Assembly: GCA_046331525.1 (NCBI GenBank)
Contig: JAXLQQ010000008.1
Location: 29,304-93,303, forward strand
Length of the DNA: 64,000 nt
Origin: Blastocatellia bacterium
GTDB lineage: Bacteria; Acidobacteriota; Blastocatellia; RBC074
Reading direction: 5' to 3'
Shown here: piece after piece, positions 10,140 through 20,910 of the stretch
How positions within the stretch are numbered: position 1 is the first letter of the stretch
How the letters are laid out: each line of letters begins with the position of its first letter
The notes under the pieces: generated by a model
Seen by the model: the letters and a program-made list of their open reading frames with translations, nothing else
Told to the model about the DNA's origin: nothing
Database searches by the model: none
Made by a program: the position numbers and the translations under genes

Positions 10140-10257
10140 ATCCATCATTGACCATCAACCAAAAGAATAACGCACTCATCCGTGTGTACTTCAGTTGCCG
10201 ATATTTCTCAACCTCCCCTGAAGTTTCGAAATCAAGCACACACCAATGAGTGCGTTA

Positions 10258-10412
10258 TTTTAACGTCAGGGACGGTGCGAAAGGAATGTGTGGTAGCGGT
10301 GGCAGGCAAGCTCGGCAGATTGGTGAGACGAGCGATTGGCCTCAAACCGCTCGCCTCGTGCTGCCTGCCACCGCCGAGAACCATTCCTTTAGTCATCGGC
10401 GTGACGTTAACT
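10258..10412. repeat. About 155-nt imperfect palindrome (long bulged hairpin) in a 535-bp intergenic region; could be a MITE-like element or structured RNA
   Basis: Outer arms ttaacgtcagggacg / cggcgtgacgttaa. Inner arms ggaatg..cggtggcaggca / tgcctgccaccg..cattcc. Central arms gagacgagcg / cgctcgcctc. Confidence 0.5.
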
Positions 10413-10676
10413 CAAAAAACCGGGATGAAGCCACGCTCGCCTTGTAGCTCCCAGTTGCGATATTCCTCCCCGTCGCCTGACGGATTGAAATATTTTCTAC
10501 AAGGCGAGGTGGACACTTTAGTACAAGAACTCAGACTGGCATTCGTTGGCGTTCCCTGCTGGAACCGGCATAGATTCAGTCGCAACCCGTCTCTGCTACT
10601 GCCTGGATTGGGGCCGCAAGGTCAACAGAAAACCATGTGCAGCTTCCGCCAGAAGGTTCCTCCACTAAACTGAAAG

Positions 10677-12041
10677 TTACTTGAAATTGATCTTGACGGT
10701 GTTGGCAGCTACGCCATCCACAGTCAAGACCACATTCGTATCGCCGCTGCCCGCCAGACTGCGATCCAGCAGGACGTTAATCTGATCCAGCCCCGCGTAG
10801 GTATCGTGCGCCTGGGCATAGACGACTTGCTGCGAAGCGCCCTTGACCGTCACCAACACATTCGAGAGTTGGCTGCGTTGCCGCACGCCGGTCGTGTACA
10901 GGACAAGGTAAAGCTGGTCGTTCGCATCCTTCCATTCAATCGGCACCGCCGTTTGTGCTGTTGGTGAACCGGTCGCAACATCTTCAAAACCGAGGGTCAC
11001 GCCACTGCGCACGCGCTGAATTTGCGCGGCAGCGTAGCCCGTTCCCTGTTGGTTAACCGTAAAGATGCCGGGTTTCACATTAGCAATCGTCAGGTTGCCA
11101 GTGGACGTGCCGAGGCTGCTGGCGATGGTCAGCGTCGCCGCTCCATTCAGCATTCCGGTCGGCAACAGGTAATTCACCTGATTCGGCGAAACGAAAAACA
11201 ATGTCGCAGTGCGAGTGACGTTGCCGGAATCCTTCACCGTCACGGTTGTCCCGCCCAATGTCGAAGGCAATTGGATGCCCGGCGTGTTTGGATCAGCATC
11301 GCCCGATGCGGTCACCGTGGAGCTCGCTAAATCTATGCCATATGCGGAAATGATGCCGCCGTTTGAGGCATTGTTGTTTGAACTATCCGAACTTGCCGCG
11401 TTGACCGATGCGATGCTCGGACGTACCAGCGCAGTCGTGGTGTAAATAAAATCGCCGGTTTGCAGATTGTTATTGTTCGTGCAGTTGCCCGCCGCATAAA
11501 ATGTAATTTTGCCAATGCGCGTGGCTGGAGCAGTCCAATCAAAGCTCCATTGGTTGGAGCCTGCCGTGCCACCACTTGGAATTGCGCTGCCGCCAGTGGT
11601 CTGTTCAACGTATTTGCGATTCTTGTATTCCGAGAACGGATCGCCATCCACCAACTGCGTCCGATTGCTGTCTGTAATGGTAAAGGTGCCAGCTAAGTTA
11701 CCTGAGGCATCCAGCGCTGTGACCTGAAAGCCAAAGCGGACGAGCGAGCCGCGACTCAATGCCACCTGAATCGTGTACTTCTGTCCCGGCTCGTAACTGG
11801 ACGGAGCCGTTAACGTTATACTGCCGCCACTGGCATTAAGGTTTCCCGTACCGAAGTGACAGGCCGTGCAATTCGTTTCGGCAGAAAAACTGCCCAGTGC
11901 CGGTGCGTCCGTGTTCGACGGGTCGGGGCCGCCGCGACTGGCGCGGACGGGATGCGCGCCCATCTGTAATTTCGAGAAGGCAAAACCAACAACTAACAAA
12001 ATGAGGGAAAATTTGATCGCTTTATTTAATCGGGATTTCAT
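10677..12041 (-). CDS. Secreted protein: N-terminal CxxCH-containing domain plus two C-terminal Ig-like domains of the Solibacter-type (TIGR03437-like) family
   Basis: The true start is probably the internal MKSRLNKAIKFSLILLVVGFAFS signal peptide. NCTACHFGTG is a CxxCH motif. The C-terminal repeats end ...GLDQINVLLDRSLAGSGDTNVVLTVDGVAANTVKINFK, as I recall for that Acidobacterial C-terminal domain. Confidence 0.6.
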   Translation of the reverse strand: MKSRLNKAIKFSLILLVVGFAFSKLQMGAHPVRASRGGPDPSNTDAPALGSFSAETNCTACHFGTGNLNASGGSITLTAPSSYEPGQKYTIQVALSRGSLVRFGFQVTALDASGNLAGTFTITDSNRTQLVDGDPFSEYKNRKYVEQTTGGSAIPSGGTAGSNQWSFDWTAPATRIGKITFYAAGNCTNNNNLQTGDFIYTTTALVRPSIASVNAASSDSSNNNASNGGIISAYGIDLASSTVTASGDADPNTPGIQLPSTLGGTTVTVKDSGNVTRTATLFFVSPNQVNYLLPTGMLNGAATLTIASSLGTSTGNLTIANVKPGIFTVNQQGTGYAAAQIQRVRSGVTLGFEDVATGSPTAQTAVPIEWKDANDQLYLVLYTTGVRQRSQLSNVLVTVKGASQQVVYAQAHDTYAGLDQINVLLDRSLAGSGDTNVVLTVDGVAANTVKINFK

Positions 12042-12051
12042 TACGGGTCTC

Positions 12052-13275
12052 CTAAAAAATTCTCCGGGAAATATTGAAACCAATTGCCATGCCGTTGCGG
12101 AAGGAATCGTCGGCAAAGAAGGAACGAACCGTGGCCGAGCGTTGCGCCATTGTCGTACCGGCGGCATTCGAGAAGACCAGGCTAAACGAATGCCGCCGCG
12201 AAACGGTGACCTTCTCAATGCCAAAGCCGTACACTGGGGCACGATTGCCCAGCCGACCTTTTTCATTCACGCGCCAGTTGGCTTCCGCCAGCAGTGCGAC
12301 CGTTGGGCGAATATTCAACGCGCCGCCCAAGCCCATCGCAAACGTCGTCACACCCGGCAGGTTTTGCGCCGGATCGCTGACGCCGAACTCGCGATTGCCA
12401 AAGGAAACAGCAGGGACGAAATAAAGCTGGGCTTTATCCGTGACGCTGCGCGCGAAGGCCATTTCCAACGTCGTCGTGAAATTGCGTCGAAAGTTGTCGC
12501 GGCCTTCCACTCCAATGCGCGCCATCGCGCTGAAGGGGTGTTTTTTATTCTCATCCAACAAACTCGCGCCGGCATAGAACAGAATCGGGCGTCCCACGAT
12601 GGTTGGCGAACGATAGCCGCCGACGTGAATCCGATCTGTGATGCCGTACGCAAAGCCGAAGGATGGAATCGCGCCTTCATCCAATCCCCATAATTGCGCG
12701 CCGTCGCCCAGGTCTGAGGCGGGGAAACGATGCGTAAAGTCGCTCGTCAAAGCGCCTTTGGGAATGGGTTTCGCCGTGGGCAAATTGACCAGTCGCACAT
12801 CCCCCTGCTGATAGACATTGCTGTTCTCTGCCGGAGGTTTCGTCGGCGTGGGCGCAGGACGATTGCTCGCCACTGCTGTCCCGCTTTCGCTGACTTCTTT
12901 GACGGTCTTGGTTTTGGTATCAATTAAGTATCGCTTGCCATTCATTTCCACGATGGCCTGCGATTCGGAACCGGTAACAAACGACACGGGCAAAGCCTGT
13001 GCGCTGTCCGGCAAGGAGAACCGGTCGGGGAACTGATTTCGCAACGTGTCCGTGATCTGATGGCCTGCCGCCGCAAACGCCTGACCAAACGCATTGCGTG
13101 CGCCGCCACCTGCCGCATTGACGTGGCAAGCGGCGCAACTGGTGCGCATCTCAGGTTTTGCGTACGGGTCTGCCGCGTAAATTCTCATATACTCCGGTAA
13201 GGCTTTGAGCTTGAGCGCGGCGCAACAAAGAGCCAATGCGAGCAGGAACACTTTCGCATATTGTTTTCTCTTCAT
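12052..13275 (-). CDS. Predicted outer-membrane protein: N-terminal mono-haem c-type cytochrome motif fused to a C-terminal beta-barrel
   Basis: The internal start MKRKQYAKVFLLALALCCAALKLKA is a signal peptide. SCAACHVNAAGGGARNAFG is a CxxCH motif. A TPTKPP linker is followed by ~300 aa of alternating-hydrophobic beta-strand pattern ending ...GFNISRRIF. Confidence 0.55.
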   Translation of the reverse strand: MKRKQYAKVFLLALALCCAALKLKALPEYMRIYAADPYAKPEMRTSCAACHVNAAGGGARNAFGQAFAAAGHQITDTLRNQFPDRFSLPDSAQALPVSFVTGSESQAIVEMNGKRYLIDTKTKTVKEVSESGTAVASNRPAPTPTKPPAENSNVYQQGDVRLVNLPTAKPIPKGALTSDFTHRFPASDLGDGAQLWGLDEGAIPSFGFAYGITDRIHVGGYRSPTIVGRPILFYAGASLLDENKKHPFSAMARIGVEGRDNFRRNFTTTLEMAFARSVTDKAQLYFVPAVSFGNREFGVSDPAQNLPGVTTFAMGLGGALNIRPTVALLAEANWRVNEKGRLGNRAPVYGFGIEKVTVSRRHSFSLVFSNAAGTTMAQRSATVRSFFADDSFRNGMAIGFNISRRIF

Positions 13276-13417
13276 CTGAATTTCCTGTGGAGAAGCGATC
13301 TTCCCAAAGCGCGGCTGCTGCAAATGGTATACCGCATTCTCGTGGTCTGAATTCTTGAATTTAGCCAGCCTTAGCCACACCTCTTGCCACAATTCGTGAC
13401 AACGTGGGGGACATCCT

Positions 13418-13433
13418 GGCTATTATTGTGCCA
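13418..13433 (-). promoter_or_regulatory. Sigma-54 promoter candidate (minus-strand reads TGGCAC-aataa-TAGCC)
   Basis: Plus-strand ggctattattgtgcca. The -24 element matches perfectly, with exact 5-nt spacing to a -12 GC element with one mismatch. It lies ~140 nt upstream of the CxxCH-barrel gene and just downstream of a sigma-54 activator gene. Confidence 0.4.
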
Positions 13434-13658
13434 ACGATAAGAAGATGAGCGTTGGCGTGCGGCTTGGATTTATTTTGATTACTGCGCCCTGGCCGTCATT
13501 GCGGCATGAGATTGATGTCCAGTGTCATCGTATTTTCCTCCTGTGATTGGGACATTGATTACAATCGGGTGACAGCATTGCCGACAGTGTAGCTGAGCCT
13601 TGCCGTTTCTGCCAACACAGGAAATCCCCCCCAGACGTGTCAAATCTATGCCTGCCGA

Positions 13659-15098
13659 TTAAGACGTGGTTTCACGAATGGAGAGTGAATCTAAATCCAA
13701 CCCCAGTCGCTCGGCTTTGCGATATAGCGAGTAGCGGCCAATCCCTAGTAACTCGGCAGCGCGCAATTTGTTGCCCTCGGTGTAGCGCAACGTCGCCAGA
13801 ATATGCTGACGCTCGACTTCATCCAATGTGGCTGGCACAGAACATAACCAGGAATGCGGATCAGTCTGGGCGGCAGGTAAATCAAGCGAGACGGGCGACG
13901 CAGCAGGGACGTCCTGCTTCTGCAAAAAGGGCGTCGGCGTGAACTGCGTGAAATCTTCCGGCAACAATCGCCCGCTGGCGTTGAGTGTGATGGCGCGTTC
14001 CACGGCATTTTCCAATTCACGGACGTTCCCCGGCCAGGAAAGGGATTTCAGCCAGGCAATCGTTTCCGGGGGTACGATGACCTGTCGCTGCAATTTCGCA
14101 TTTGTGCGGTGCAGAAAATGTTCAACCAGCAACGGGATGTCTTCGCTCCGCTCGCGCAACGGCGGAAGCTCAATGTGAATCACGCTCAGGCGATACAATA
14201 AATCGTGGCGAAAATCTTCGGCATTCAATAATTCCAGCACGGGACGATTGGTGGCTGCCACAATGCGCACATCCACGTGCCGCGCTTCTGTCGCACCGAC
14301 GGGCCGCACTTCCTGCTCCTGCAACACGCGCAAGAGTTTGACCTGAAAGGCGGGCGACGTTTCCGAAATTTCATCCAGAAACACGGTTCCGCCGCTCGCC
14401 GTTTCAAAAATCCCACGATGCGAATTCGCCGCCCCCGTGAACGCTCCGCGCACATGCCCGAACAATTCGGATTCCAGTAATGTTTCCGTGAACGCTCCGC
14501 AATTGATCGGCACAAACGGTTTGCGTGCCCGCCGCGAATTGTCGTGCAGCGCGCGGGCAATCAATTCTTTTCCTGTGCCGCTTTCGCCTGCGATTAAAAC
14601 AGTCGAATCGGTATCGGCAACACGAGCAATCAAACGATATACCGCCACCATTGCCGGGCTTTTGCCGACGATGGCGGTTGTGGCCGTAGCAACTTGTGGC
14701 GGTGTTACTTCCGGCGCAGAGCGGGCCACTCGCCATTCAAGCGCTCGCCGCAACACGCCCAACAACTCGCCCGCCGGAAACGGTTTGCCCAAATAATCGA
14801 AGGCCTTTTCCCGCACGGCGGCGGCGGCGGTTTCGAGCGAGCCGTGTGCAGTGATGACAATCACGGGCAAATCCGGCCAGCCCTGCCGCAATTTACGCAG
14901 CACTTCCAACCCCGATTCTGTGCCCAGTTGCAAATCAAGCAACGCGACATCAAATTCCTCCGCTCGACACAATGCCAGCGCCGCCTCACTATTCGTCGCG
15001 TGTCTTGCCGCGAGCCCTTCGAGTTCGATCAGATGCGTTACAACTATCCCGAAATCCGGGTCATCATCCACAATAAGAACTTTTGCCTGGGTTTGCAT
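13659..15098 (-). CDS. Sigma-54-dependent response regulator (NtrC family: receiver + AAA+ sigma-54 activator + Fis-type HTH)
   Basis: KVLIVDDDPDF receiver. GESGTGKELIARALH Walker A. GAFTGA sigma-54 contact motif. C-terminal LRAAELLGIGRYSLYRKAERLGL HTH. Confidence 0.9.
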   Translation of the reverse strand: MQTQAKVLIVDDDPDFGIVVTHLIELEGLAARHATNSEAALALCRAEEFDVALLDLQLGTESGLEVLRKLRQGWPDLPVIVITAHGSLETAAAAVREKAFDYLGKPFPAGELLGVLRRALEWRVARSAPEVTPPQVATATTAIVGKSPAMVAVYRLIARVADTDSTVLIAGESGTGKELIARALHDNSRRARKPFVPINCGAFTETLLESELFGHVRGAFTGAANSHRGIFETASGGTVFLDEISETSPAFQVKLLRVLQEQEVRPVGATEARHVDVRIVAATNRPVLELLNAEDFRHDLLYRLSVIHIELPPLRERSEDIPLLVEHFLHRTNAKLQRQVIVPPETIAWLKSLSWPGNVRELENAVERAITLNASGRLLPEDFTQFTPTPFLQKQDVPAASPVSLDLPAAQTDPHSWLCSVPATLDEVERQHILATLRYTEGNKLRAAELLGIGRYSLYRKAERLGLDLDSLSIRETTS

Positions 15099-15195
15099 GT
15101 TACTCAGCTAATTACCCGATGGGCGCGGAGAAAGCAACTGGTGCATTGACTTTGGCCAACGGCAACAGGCATTATCACCCTCTTTATTTTTCGAC

Positions 15196-15942
15196 GTGAG
15201 GCGTATGAGTAACCCTTCAGAACAAGCGATGGACGGCGTCGTAGAAGAGCGATTGGCGCTGACCGCTACGCTCAATCAACTCGCGGAAATCAACCGCTAC
15301 AATCACTGGATTTACGAACAATTTGCGACAGCCCTCGGACATCGCGTGTTAGAGGTCGGCTCCGGCACGGGCAATATCACGCAATTTCTGTTGCAACAAC
15401 AACGCGAGGTCGTGGCCACTGATGTCCTCCCCAAATACCGACAGGAATTGCAGACCCGCTTTGCCGGAGAAGCGCGGTTGCAAATTCGCTCATTTGATTT
15501 GGATCACGCCGCGCCTGCCGCTTTTCGCACGCACCAGTTTGATAGCGTCGTTTGTCTGAACGTACTCGAACACATTGAAGATGACGGATTCGCCCTTCAA
15601 CAAATGCGTGAAGTGTTGACACCCGGTGGCAAACTGGCGTTACTTGTGCCGGCGCATCAATTTCTTTACGGGGCCTTCGATGAAGCCGTTGGCCATTTTC
15701 GTCGCTACAGCAAAGCGGCCTTGCGCACCCTTTTGCAGCAGGCAGGATTCACGGTGCAATCCCTCAAGTTTTTCAACGCGGCAGCCACACTTCCCTGGTT
15801 CATCAACGGTCGCCTGTTGCGCCGCGCTTATTTGCCGAACGAACAAGTCACGCTCGCCGATAAGCTCGTGCCGCTGCTGAAACTGGAACGCTGGCTCGGC
15901 CCGCCGCTCGGCATTTCGCTAATCGCTATTGCCCAGAAATAA
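15196..15942 (+). CDS. Class I SAM-dependent methyltransferase
   Basis: [12 protein letters not shown] motif I and acidic loop VVATDVLP. Confidence 0.8.
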   Translation: MRRMSNPSEQAMDGVVEERLALTATLNQLAEINRYNHWIYEQFATALGHRVLEVGSGTGNITQFLLQQQREVVATDVLPKYRQELQTRFAGEARLQIRSFDLDHAAPAAFRTHQFDSVVCLNVLEHIEDDGFALQQMREVLTPGGKLALLVPAHQFLYGAFDEAVGHFRRYSKAALRTLLQQAGFTVQSLKFFNAAATLPWFINGRLLRRAYLPNEQVTLADKLVPLLKLERWLGPPLGISLIAIAQK

Positions 15943-16012
15943 CGACGAGGCGAGAGTGGAATGATGCGCCCGGCTCCTCTCTCAAATCTCCAATCTCCCA
16001 TTTCAAATCCTT

Positions 16013-17587
16013 ATGCGTTGGTCAAATTATTTCATTCCCACTTTACGTGAAGTTCCGGCGGATGCCGAAGTCATTAGTCATAAATTGCTGCTGCGTGCTG
16101 GCCTTGTACGCCAACTTGGCGCAGGCATTTATTCCTATCTGCCGCTGGCGCAGCGCAGCGTGCTGAAGATCAGTCAAATCATCCGCGAAGAAATGAACGC
16201 GATTGGCGGGCAGGAATTTTACTTGCCCGCGCTGAACCCCGCCGAAATCTGGCAGGAATCAGGCCGCTGGACGGTGATGGGCGACAATATGTTTCGCCTG
16301 AAAGATCGCAAAGGCGCTGACCTGTGCTTAGGGATGACGCACGAAGAAATCTTTACCGACATCGCGCGCAAGGAACTACGTTCGTACAAGCAATTGCCGC
16401 AGGTCTGGTATCAAATCCAGACCAAATTCCGCGACGAACCGCGCCCGAAATCCGGGCTGCTGCGCGTGCGGCAATTTACGATGAAGGATGCTTACACGTT
16501 CGACATTGATGCGGCGGGACTCGATAAGGCGTTTGAAGATCAGCGCCGCGCCTATTGCCGCGTGTATTCGCGCTGCGGTTTGCAGTACGTCATTGTGGAT
16601 GCGGACACGGGCGCGATGGGTGGTTCGGCGTCGAACGAATTTATGGTGTACACGAACGCGGGGGAAGATTTGGTAGCGAGTTGTGCCAAATGTGGCTACG
16701 CCGCAAACACGGAAAAAGCGCAATCGCGCATCCCCGCCATTGTGGACGACACTCCTGATGCCGCCGTCGAAAAATTCCCGACGCCTGGCGTGCGTACGAT
16801 TGACGACCTGGTCACGTTTGACGGCGGTGCGGCAGCCGATCATCAAATTAAAACCCTCATCAACGTCGCCGTCATCGAAGACAAACAGGGCCGCCGCAAC
16901 GAAATCATTCTCGCCCTGTTGCGCGGCGATCATCCGCTGAACGAAGCGAAATTCGCATCCGCCGTCGGCGCACTCTATCGCGCCGCCAACATCAGATTGC
17001 ACGAAGTCCGCCCCCGCCCACCGGAAGAAATCTTCGACGCGATGGGCGCGAACGCTGGCAGCCTTGGCGCGGTCGGCGTTACAAAATTCAAAATCCTCGC
17101 CGACAACGCGCTGCAAGGCCGCGCGAATATGACGACAGGCGCGAACGAGGACGATCATCACTTGCGCGGCGTCAATCTTGCCCGCGACATCAAAGTTACC
17201 GAATGGGTTGACCTGCGCACCGTCGCCGAAGGCGAAGCTTGTCCGAAATGCGAAGAAAACAACCCGCTCCGCATTGGCAAAGCCCTCGAAGTCGGACACA
17301 TCTTCAAGCTCGGCACCAAGTACAGTAAATCAATGGGCGCGACGGTTTTGAATGCAGATGGCAAGCCCGTGCCGATTGTGATGGGCGGCTACGGCATCGG
17401 CGTCGAACGCATTCTGGCAGCGGCGATTGAACTGTACAGCGACGACGCAGGCATCATCTTTCCGATTACGATTGCGCCGTTTCACATCGTCGTCTCTCCG
17501 CTCAACGTGCGCGAAGCCGAAATCAAAGCGGCAGGAGAAAAAACTGTATCAGGAACTCGCGGCGGCTGGTTTAGATGTGTTGTTTGA
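16013..17587 (+). CDS. proS: Proline--tRNA ligase; the C-terminal anticodon-binding domain continues in other frames to ~17830 (frameshifted or sequencing errors)
   Basis: The N-terminus [44 protein letters not shown] is unmistakably ProS. The 17427..17729 ORF ([37 protein letters not shown]) and a third frame (LKDGNV...[15 protein letters not shown]) carry the rest. Confidence 0.85.
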   Translation: MRWSNYFIPTLREVPADAEVISHKLLLRAGLVRQLGAGIYSYLPLAQRSVLKISQIIREEMNAIGGQEFYLPALNPAEIWQESGRWTVMGDNMFRLKDRKGADLCLGMTHEEIFTDIARKELRSYKQLPQVWYQIQTKFRDEPRPKSGLLRVRQFTMKDAYTFDIDAAGLDKAFEDQRRAYCRVYSRCGLQYVIVDADTGAMGGSASNEFMVYTNAGEDLVASCAKCGYAANTEKAQSRIPAIVDDTPDAAVEKFPTPGVRTIDDLVTFDGGAAADHQIKTLINVAVIEDKQGRRNEIILALLRGDHPLNEAKFASAVGALYRAANIRLHEVRPRPPEEIFDAMGANAGSLGAVGVTKFKILADNALQGRANMTTGANEDDHHLRGVNLARDIKVTEWVDLRTVAEGEACPKCEENNPLRIGKALEVGHIFKLGTKYSKSMGATVLNADGKPVPIVMGGYGIGVERILAAAIELYSDDAGIIFPITIAPFHIVVSPLNVREAEIKAAGEKTVSGTRGGWFRCVV

Positions 17588-17802
17588 TGACCGCGACGAA
17601 CGCGCGGGCGTGAAGTTGAATGACGCAGATTTGATCGGCCTTCCCTTCAAATCCCGCATGTCCAGAAACTCAAAGACGGCAACGTCGGAATTTTACGACC
17701 GCGCTGCACCTGACAATCCGAAGACGTAGCCTTGAACGATGTGGCGCGCATCGCCACCAACGTATCCAGGACGCGCTGCAAAAACTGAATGCAGGAAAGT
17801 AG

Positions 17803-17869
17803 CGCAAACGTCTCGTTTGCGTGCCTGTCAGTGGGTTTCCGCAGACAAGCACGCAAACGAGACGTTGCA
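17803..17869. repeat. Inverted pair of the GTAGCGCAAAC-N-GTTTGCG palindromic repeat family, forming a ~26-nt-arm hairpin
   Basis: gcgcaaacgtctcgtttgcgtgcctgtc ... gacaagcacgcaaacgagacgttgc. Confidence 0.65.
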
Positions 17870-17879
17870 CCACTCCATC

Positions 17880-19807
17880 AGTTCCCCGCCACTGGCAAAC
17901 GAAAGGCGGCCATTTCTTCGCCATTACGCACGAGTAAGACATCATTGACCAGCGCCGGGTGATTCCATGTTTTTGCTATCAAGCACGTGAAAGCGCGCGA
18001 GTTCTTTAAATTGGTCGGTCGTCGCGCTGACCAGCGCCAATTCGCCTTCCTCCGACAAAACCAGCAACAAATCCTGCTCCGGCAACATGCTAAGTTGTCC
18101 ATTGCCGGCTACGTCCGCCTTATCCATTTTACGCTTGCCGTCGGCAAGGTCAATACTGGCAAGGATGTTGCCATCAAAGCCATACGCACAGCCCTTGTGC
18201 GGCAAGTCATTGAAATACGGCTTTAGTCCGTTCGATGTCCAGCGTTCCTCGACAGTCCCATTTGCCCGCCTCCTGCCTGACCTGCAAGCGGCGCGTGCCA
18301 ATGCCCCCGAAGTGGCGATGGCATTGATGATGAGATTGCCGTCAGCCAGCAGGGCCGGTTGTGTAATCGCCCCGCCTTCCACTTATGCTCCCAAAGCAGC
18401 GCACCGTTAGCAGGCGACACGCTGAGCGCGCCCAGCATAACGGCACCACCTGCACAACGCCATCAATCGTCACCCGCTGGGGCGAGCTATAACCACCGCC
18501 GTAAGAAGGCCCCTGCCAACGCGGCGCACCGGTCGTCAGATCGTACGCGGCAAGCGTGCTGGCAGCGGCGACAATCACGACATCATTCACAATCAAGGGC
18601 GAACTGGCGAAGCCCCATTCCGGCACTTTTCTGCCCGTATCCGTCGCCACATTGCGCGTCCAAAGCGACTTTGCCCGAATTGGCATCAAGCGCGTTCAAT
18701 AGTCCCGTAGCGCCAAAGCTGTACACTCGATTGCCATGGATCGTCGGTGTCGCGCGCGGCCCCGGCTCCGCCGTTTGATTCCCAAAACCGCACGGCATCT
18801 TTATGCCGCCACCGACTCGCCTGTCGAGACTTTGTAACAGCCGACGATTTCTTCCTCGCCGCGCTGTTCCTGCGTGTAAAGCAAATCGCCGCGCACGGCA
18901 AACGATGACCAGCCCGGCCCCACAGGTCTGCGCCATAGTTGCACGGGCGGCGCAACAGCCCAATCGGTCTTAATGCGCACGCCGCGCGCAACGCCGTCAC
19001 GCTGCGCCCCGCGAAAGCCCGGCCATTCGGCGGCCTTCTCTTTTGCGACGACAGCAGGCTCGACTTTGGCAGCAGCGGTCGGAGACGGCGCAGGCGTTAC
19101 GCTGCCAGCAGGCGTTGCCGAGGGCGATGCGGTCGGTGAAAGGGTAGGTGATGCGGTGGGCAGCGGCGTAGCGGTGGGCAGCGGTTTCGGCTCATCGTTA
19201 GTCTGCGCCAGCAGTCGTTCTTCCGGTGTTGGCGTCCAGCGCCAGTGATATTCCAAACCGCCTCCATGATGCCCGCTGTTCGGATCAATAACCAGGGCGC
19301 GCAAGCAAGCAGGAAAAAGGCTGGCTGGCGCGACGCAACCCCCGCCGCCAGCGAACCTGTCGCCAGTGCCCACACCGCAAGGGCAAGGCTTAGCCCCGGC
19401 AGCGCCGACAGATAGAGCAACTTATCACCCATCCCCGCCCCGGCAATGGAAGGGGTGAACCAGCAGCTTTGCGAGCAGCAGCACGATGAGAAGCAGCGCG
19501 AGCGCCCCCACGCGCTCCACCCACGGTGCGCGGCTTCGAAACACAACCACCAGATGAGAATGGCGAACCCGCATAACGCGCCCCCGATTACCGCAATCAT
19601 AGACAGCGGAAACCGAAGAGGTCGGCATCCGGCGCAAGGCGCGGCAACACATACGTGACAACCACTAACACCGAAGCCAGCACGATTCCCGGCCACAGTC
19701 GTAGTGACCGCGCGGTTAGTTGACGTTGTTCGTTGGCGGTTTCCCCGACCTGCCCTTCTGCGTCTTTTCTTTCCATAATTCCCCTTTTCTTGTGTGAGAA
19801 ACAGCAA
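17880..19807 (-). pseudogene. PQQ-repeat beta-propeller protein (BamB-like fold) with N-terminal membrane and Pro/Thr-rich region, split over at least 4 reading frames
   Basis: Minus-strand ORFs 18801..19373, 18583..18963, 18342..18689 and 17942..18382 each carry propeller blades (e.g. LLYTQEQRGEEEIVGCYKVSTGE; GNRVYSFGATGLLNALDANSGKV; VVIVAAASTLAAYDLTTGAPRWQ). Adjacent ORFs overlap, which indicates frameshifts. Confidence 0.5.
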
Positions 19808-19969
19808 CTACGGAAAGCAGATAGCAGAAGTTCACAGACAGTGCGGTTGCCGGGAGGTTTGCATAGCTTGCATTGCCTGCGCTGCCAACTACTCGTACCG
19901 TAGAGCAGTGACAGGATCAACTTTCGTGGCGCGATAGGCCGGAAAAGAAAGAGGCCAGCAACGTCACGA

Positions 19970-20910
19970 AAGTTAACAACGCAGCGACCAGAAAAAGTCA
20001 GCAGGTCGGCAGGGCTGACTTCGTAGAGTAGCGTTCGCAGCACGCGCGTGACAGCCCAGGCCCCGGCCAGTGTAGACCCGGCGCCCACAAAAATCGAATT
20101 GCATTCCCTGCCCCAACACCATCCGCAAAATATCTAGCGGCTGCGCGCCCAATGCCAACCGCACGCCGATTCGCTGGTGCTTGCGTGACGGAATAGGAAA
20201 TCAGCCCATACAAACCAATCACCGTCAACGTCGGCGCGAGTCCGGCAAAGAGCGCTAAAACCAATAGGGTGAAGCGCGGAAACGCAACAGTGGCGATTGA
20301 TATTGATCCAGCGTCTTGATGTCCGTGACGGGCAACTGGGCATCGAGTTTGCGCACTTCGGCAAGGAGCGCGGTGGTGAGCGTGGCGGGCGGCACGCGGG
20401 TTTTGACAGTAGTGTCATATCCAACGTGTTGGTGCGCTTGCGGTACGTACATTTCTGGACGCGGCTGATCGTCCAGCCCGCGATGCCGCACGTTGCCGAC
20501 AACGCCGACAATTTCTTTCGGCGCGTCGCCGCACTAACCGAGCAATAGTTTGCCCAGCGGGTCTTCGCCGCGAAAATACTCCTGCGCGAAGGCTTCATTA
20601 ACGATCACCACAGGCGGAGCCTGTGCGTCGTCCCGCTCCGTAAAATCGCGCCCGCTCCAGTTTCGGCAGGTTGAGCGTGGCGAAGTAATTGAAGGCCAAT
20701 GAAACGTAACCGCGCCTCCTTTGCTGCCCCTTCGGCGCGGGGCGACTGACGATGTCGAAGTTGGTGCCATTGTCGTTTGTCGTCAGCGGAATGGATTGCG
20801 CGACGCTGGCATCGGCCACACCGGGCGAAGCGTTTGAGGTTCGCCAGCAAGTTGTCGTAAAACGCTTTGGCCTGAACTCCGCCAGAGCATCGTTCAGAAA
20901 GGCAACACAA
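19970..20910 (-). pseudogene. C-terminal half (second FtsX domain) of an ADOP / MacB-type permease, fragmented into at least 5 frames
   Basis: Fragments include LGAQPLDILRMVLGQGMQ, LAPTLTVIGLYGLISYSV, MYVPQAHQ, VVIVNEAFAQEYFRGEDPLGK. This is contiguous with the truncated ORF 20894..22552. Confidence 0.5.

Noticed and set aside
10182-10673. 163-aa ORF in the 535-bp intergenic region
   Set aside because: It is built largely on the large palindrome 10258-10412. It has no start context and no family features, so the region is more likely non-coding.
16376-17299. 307-aa minus-strand ORF inside proS
   Set aside because: It lies antisense to proline--tRNA ligase and has no recognisable features.
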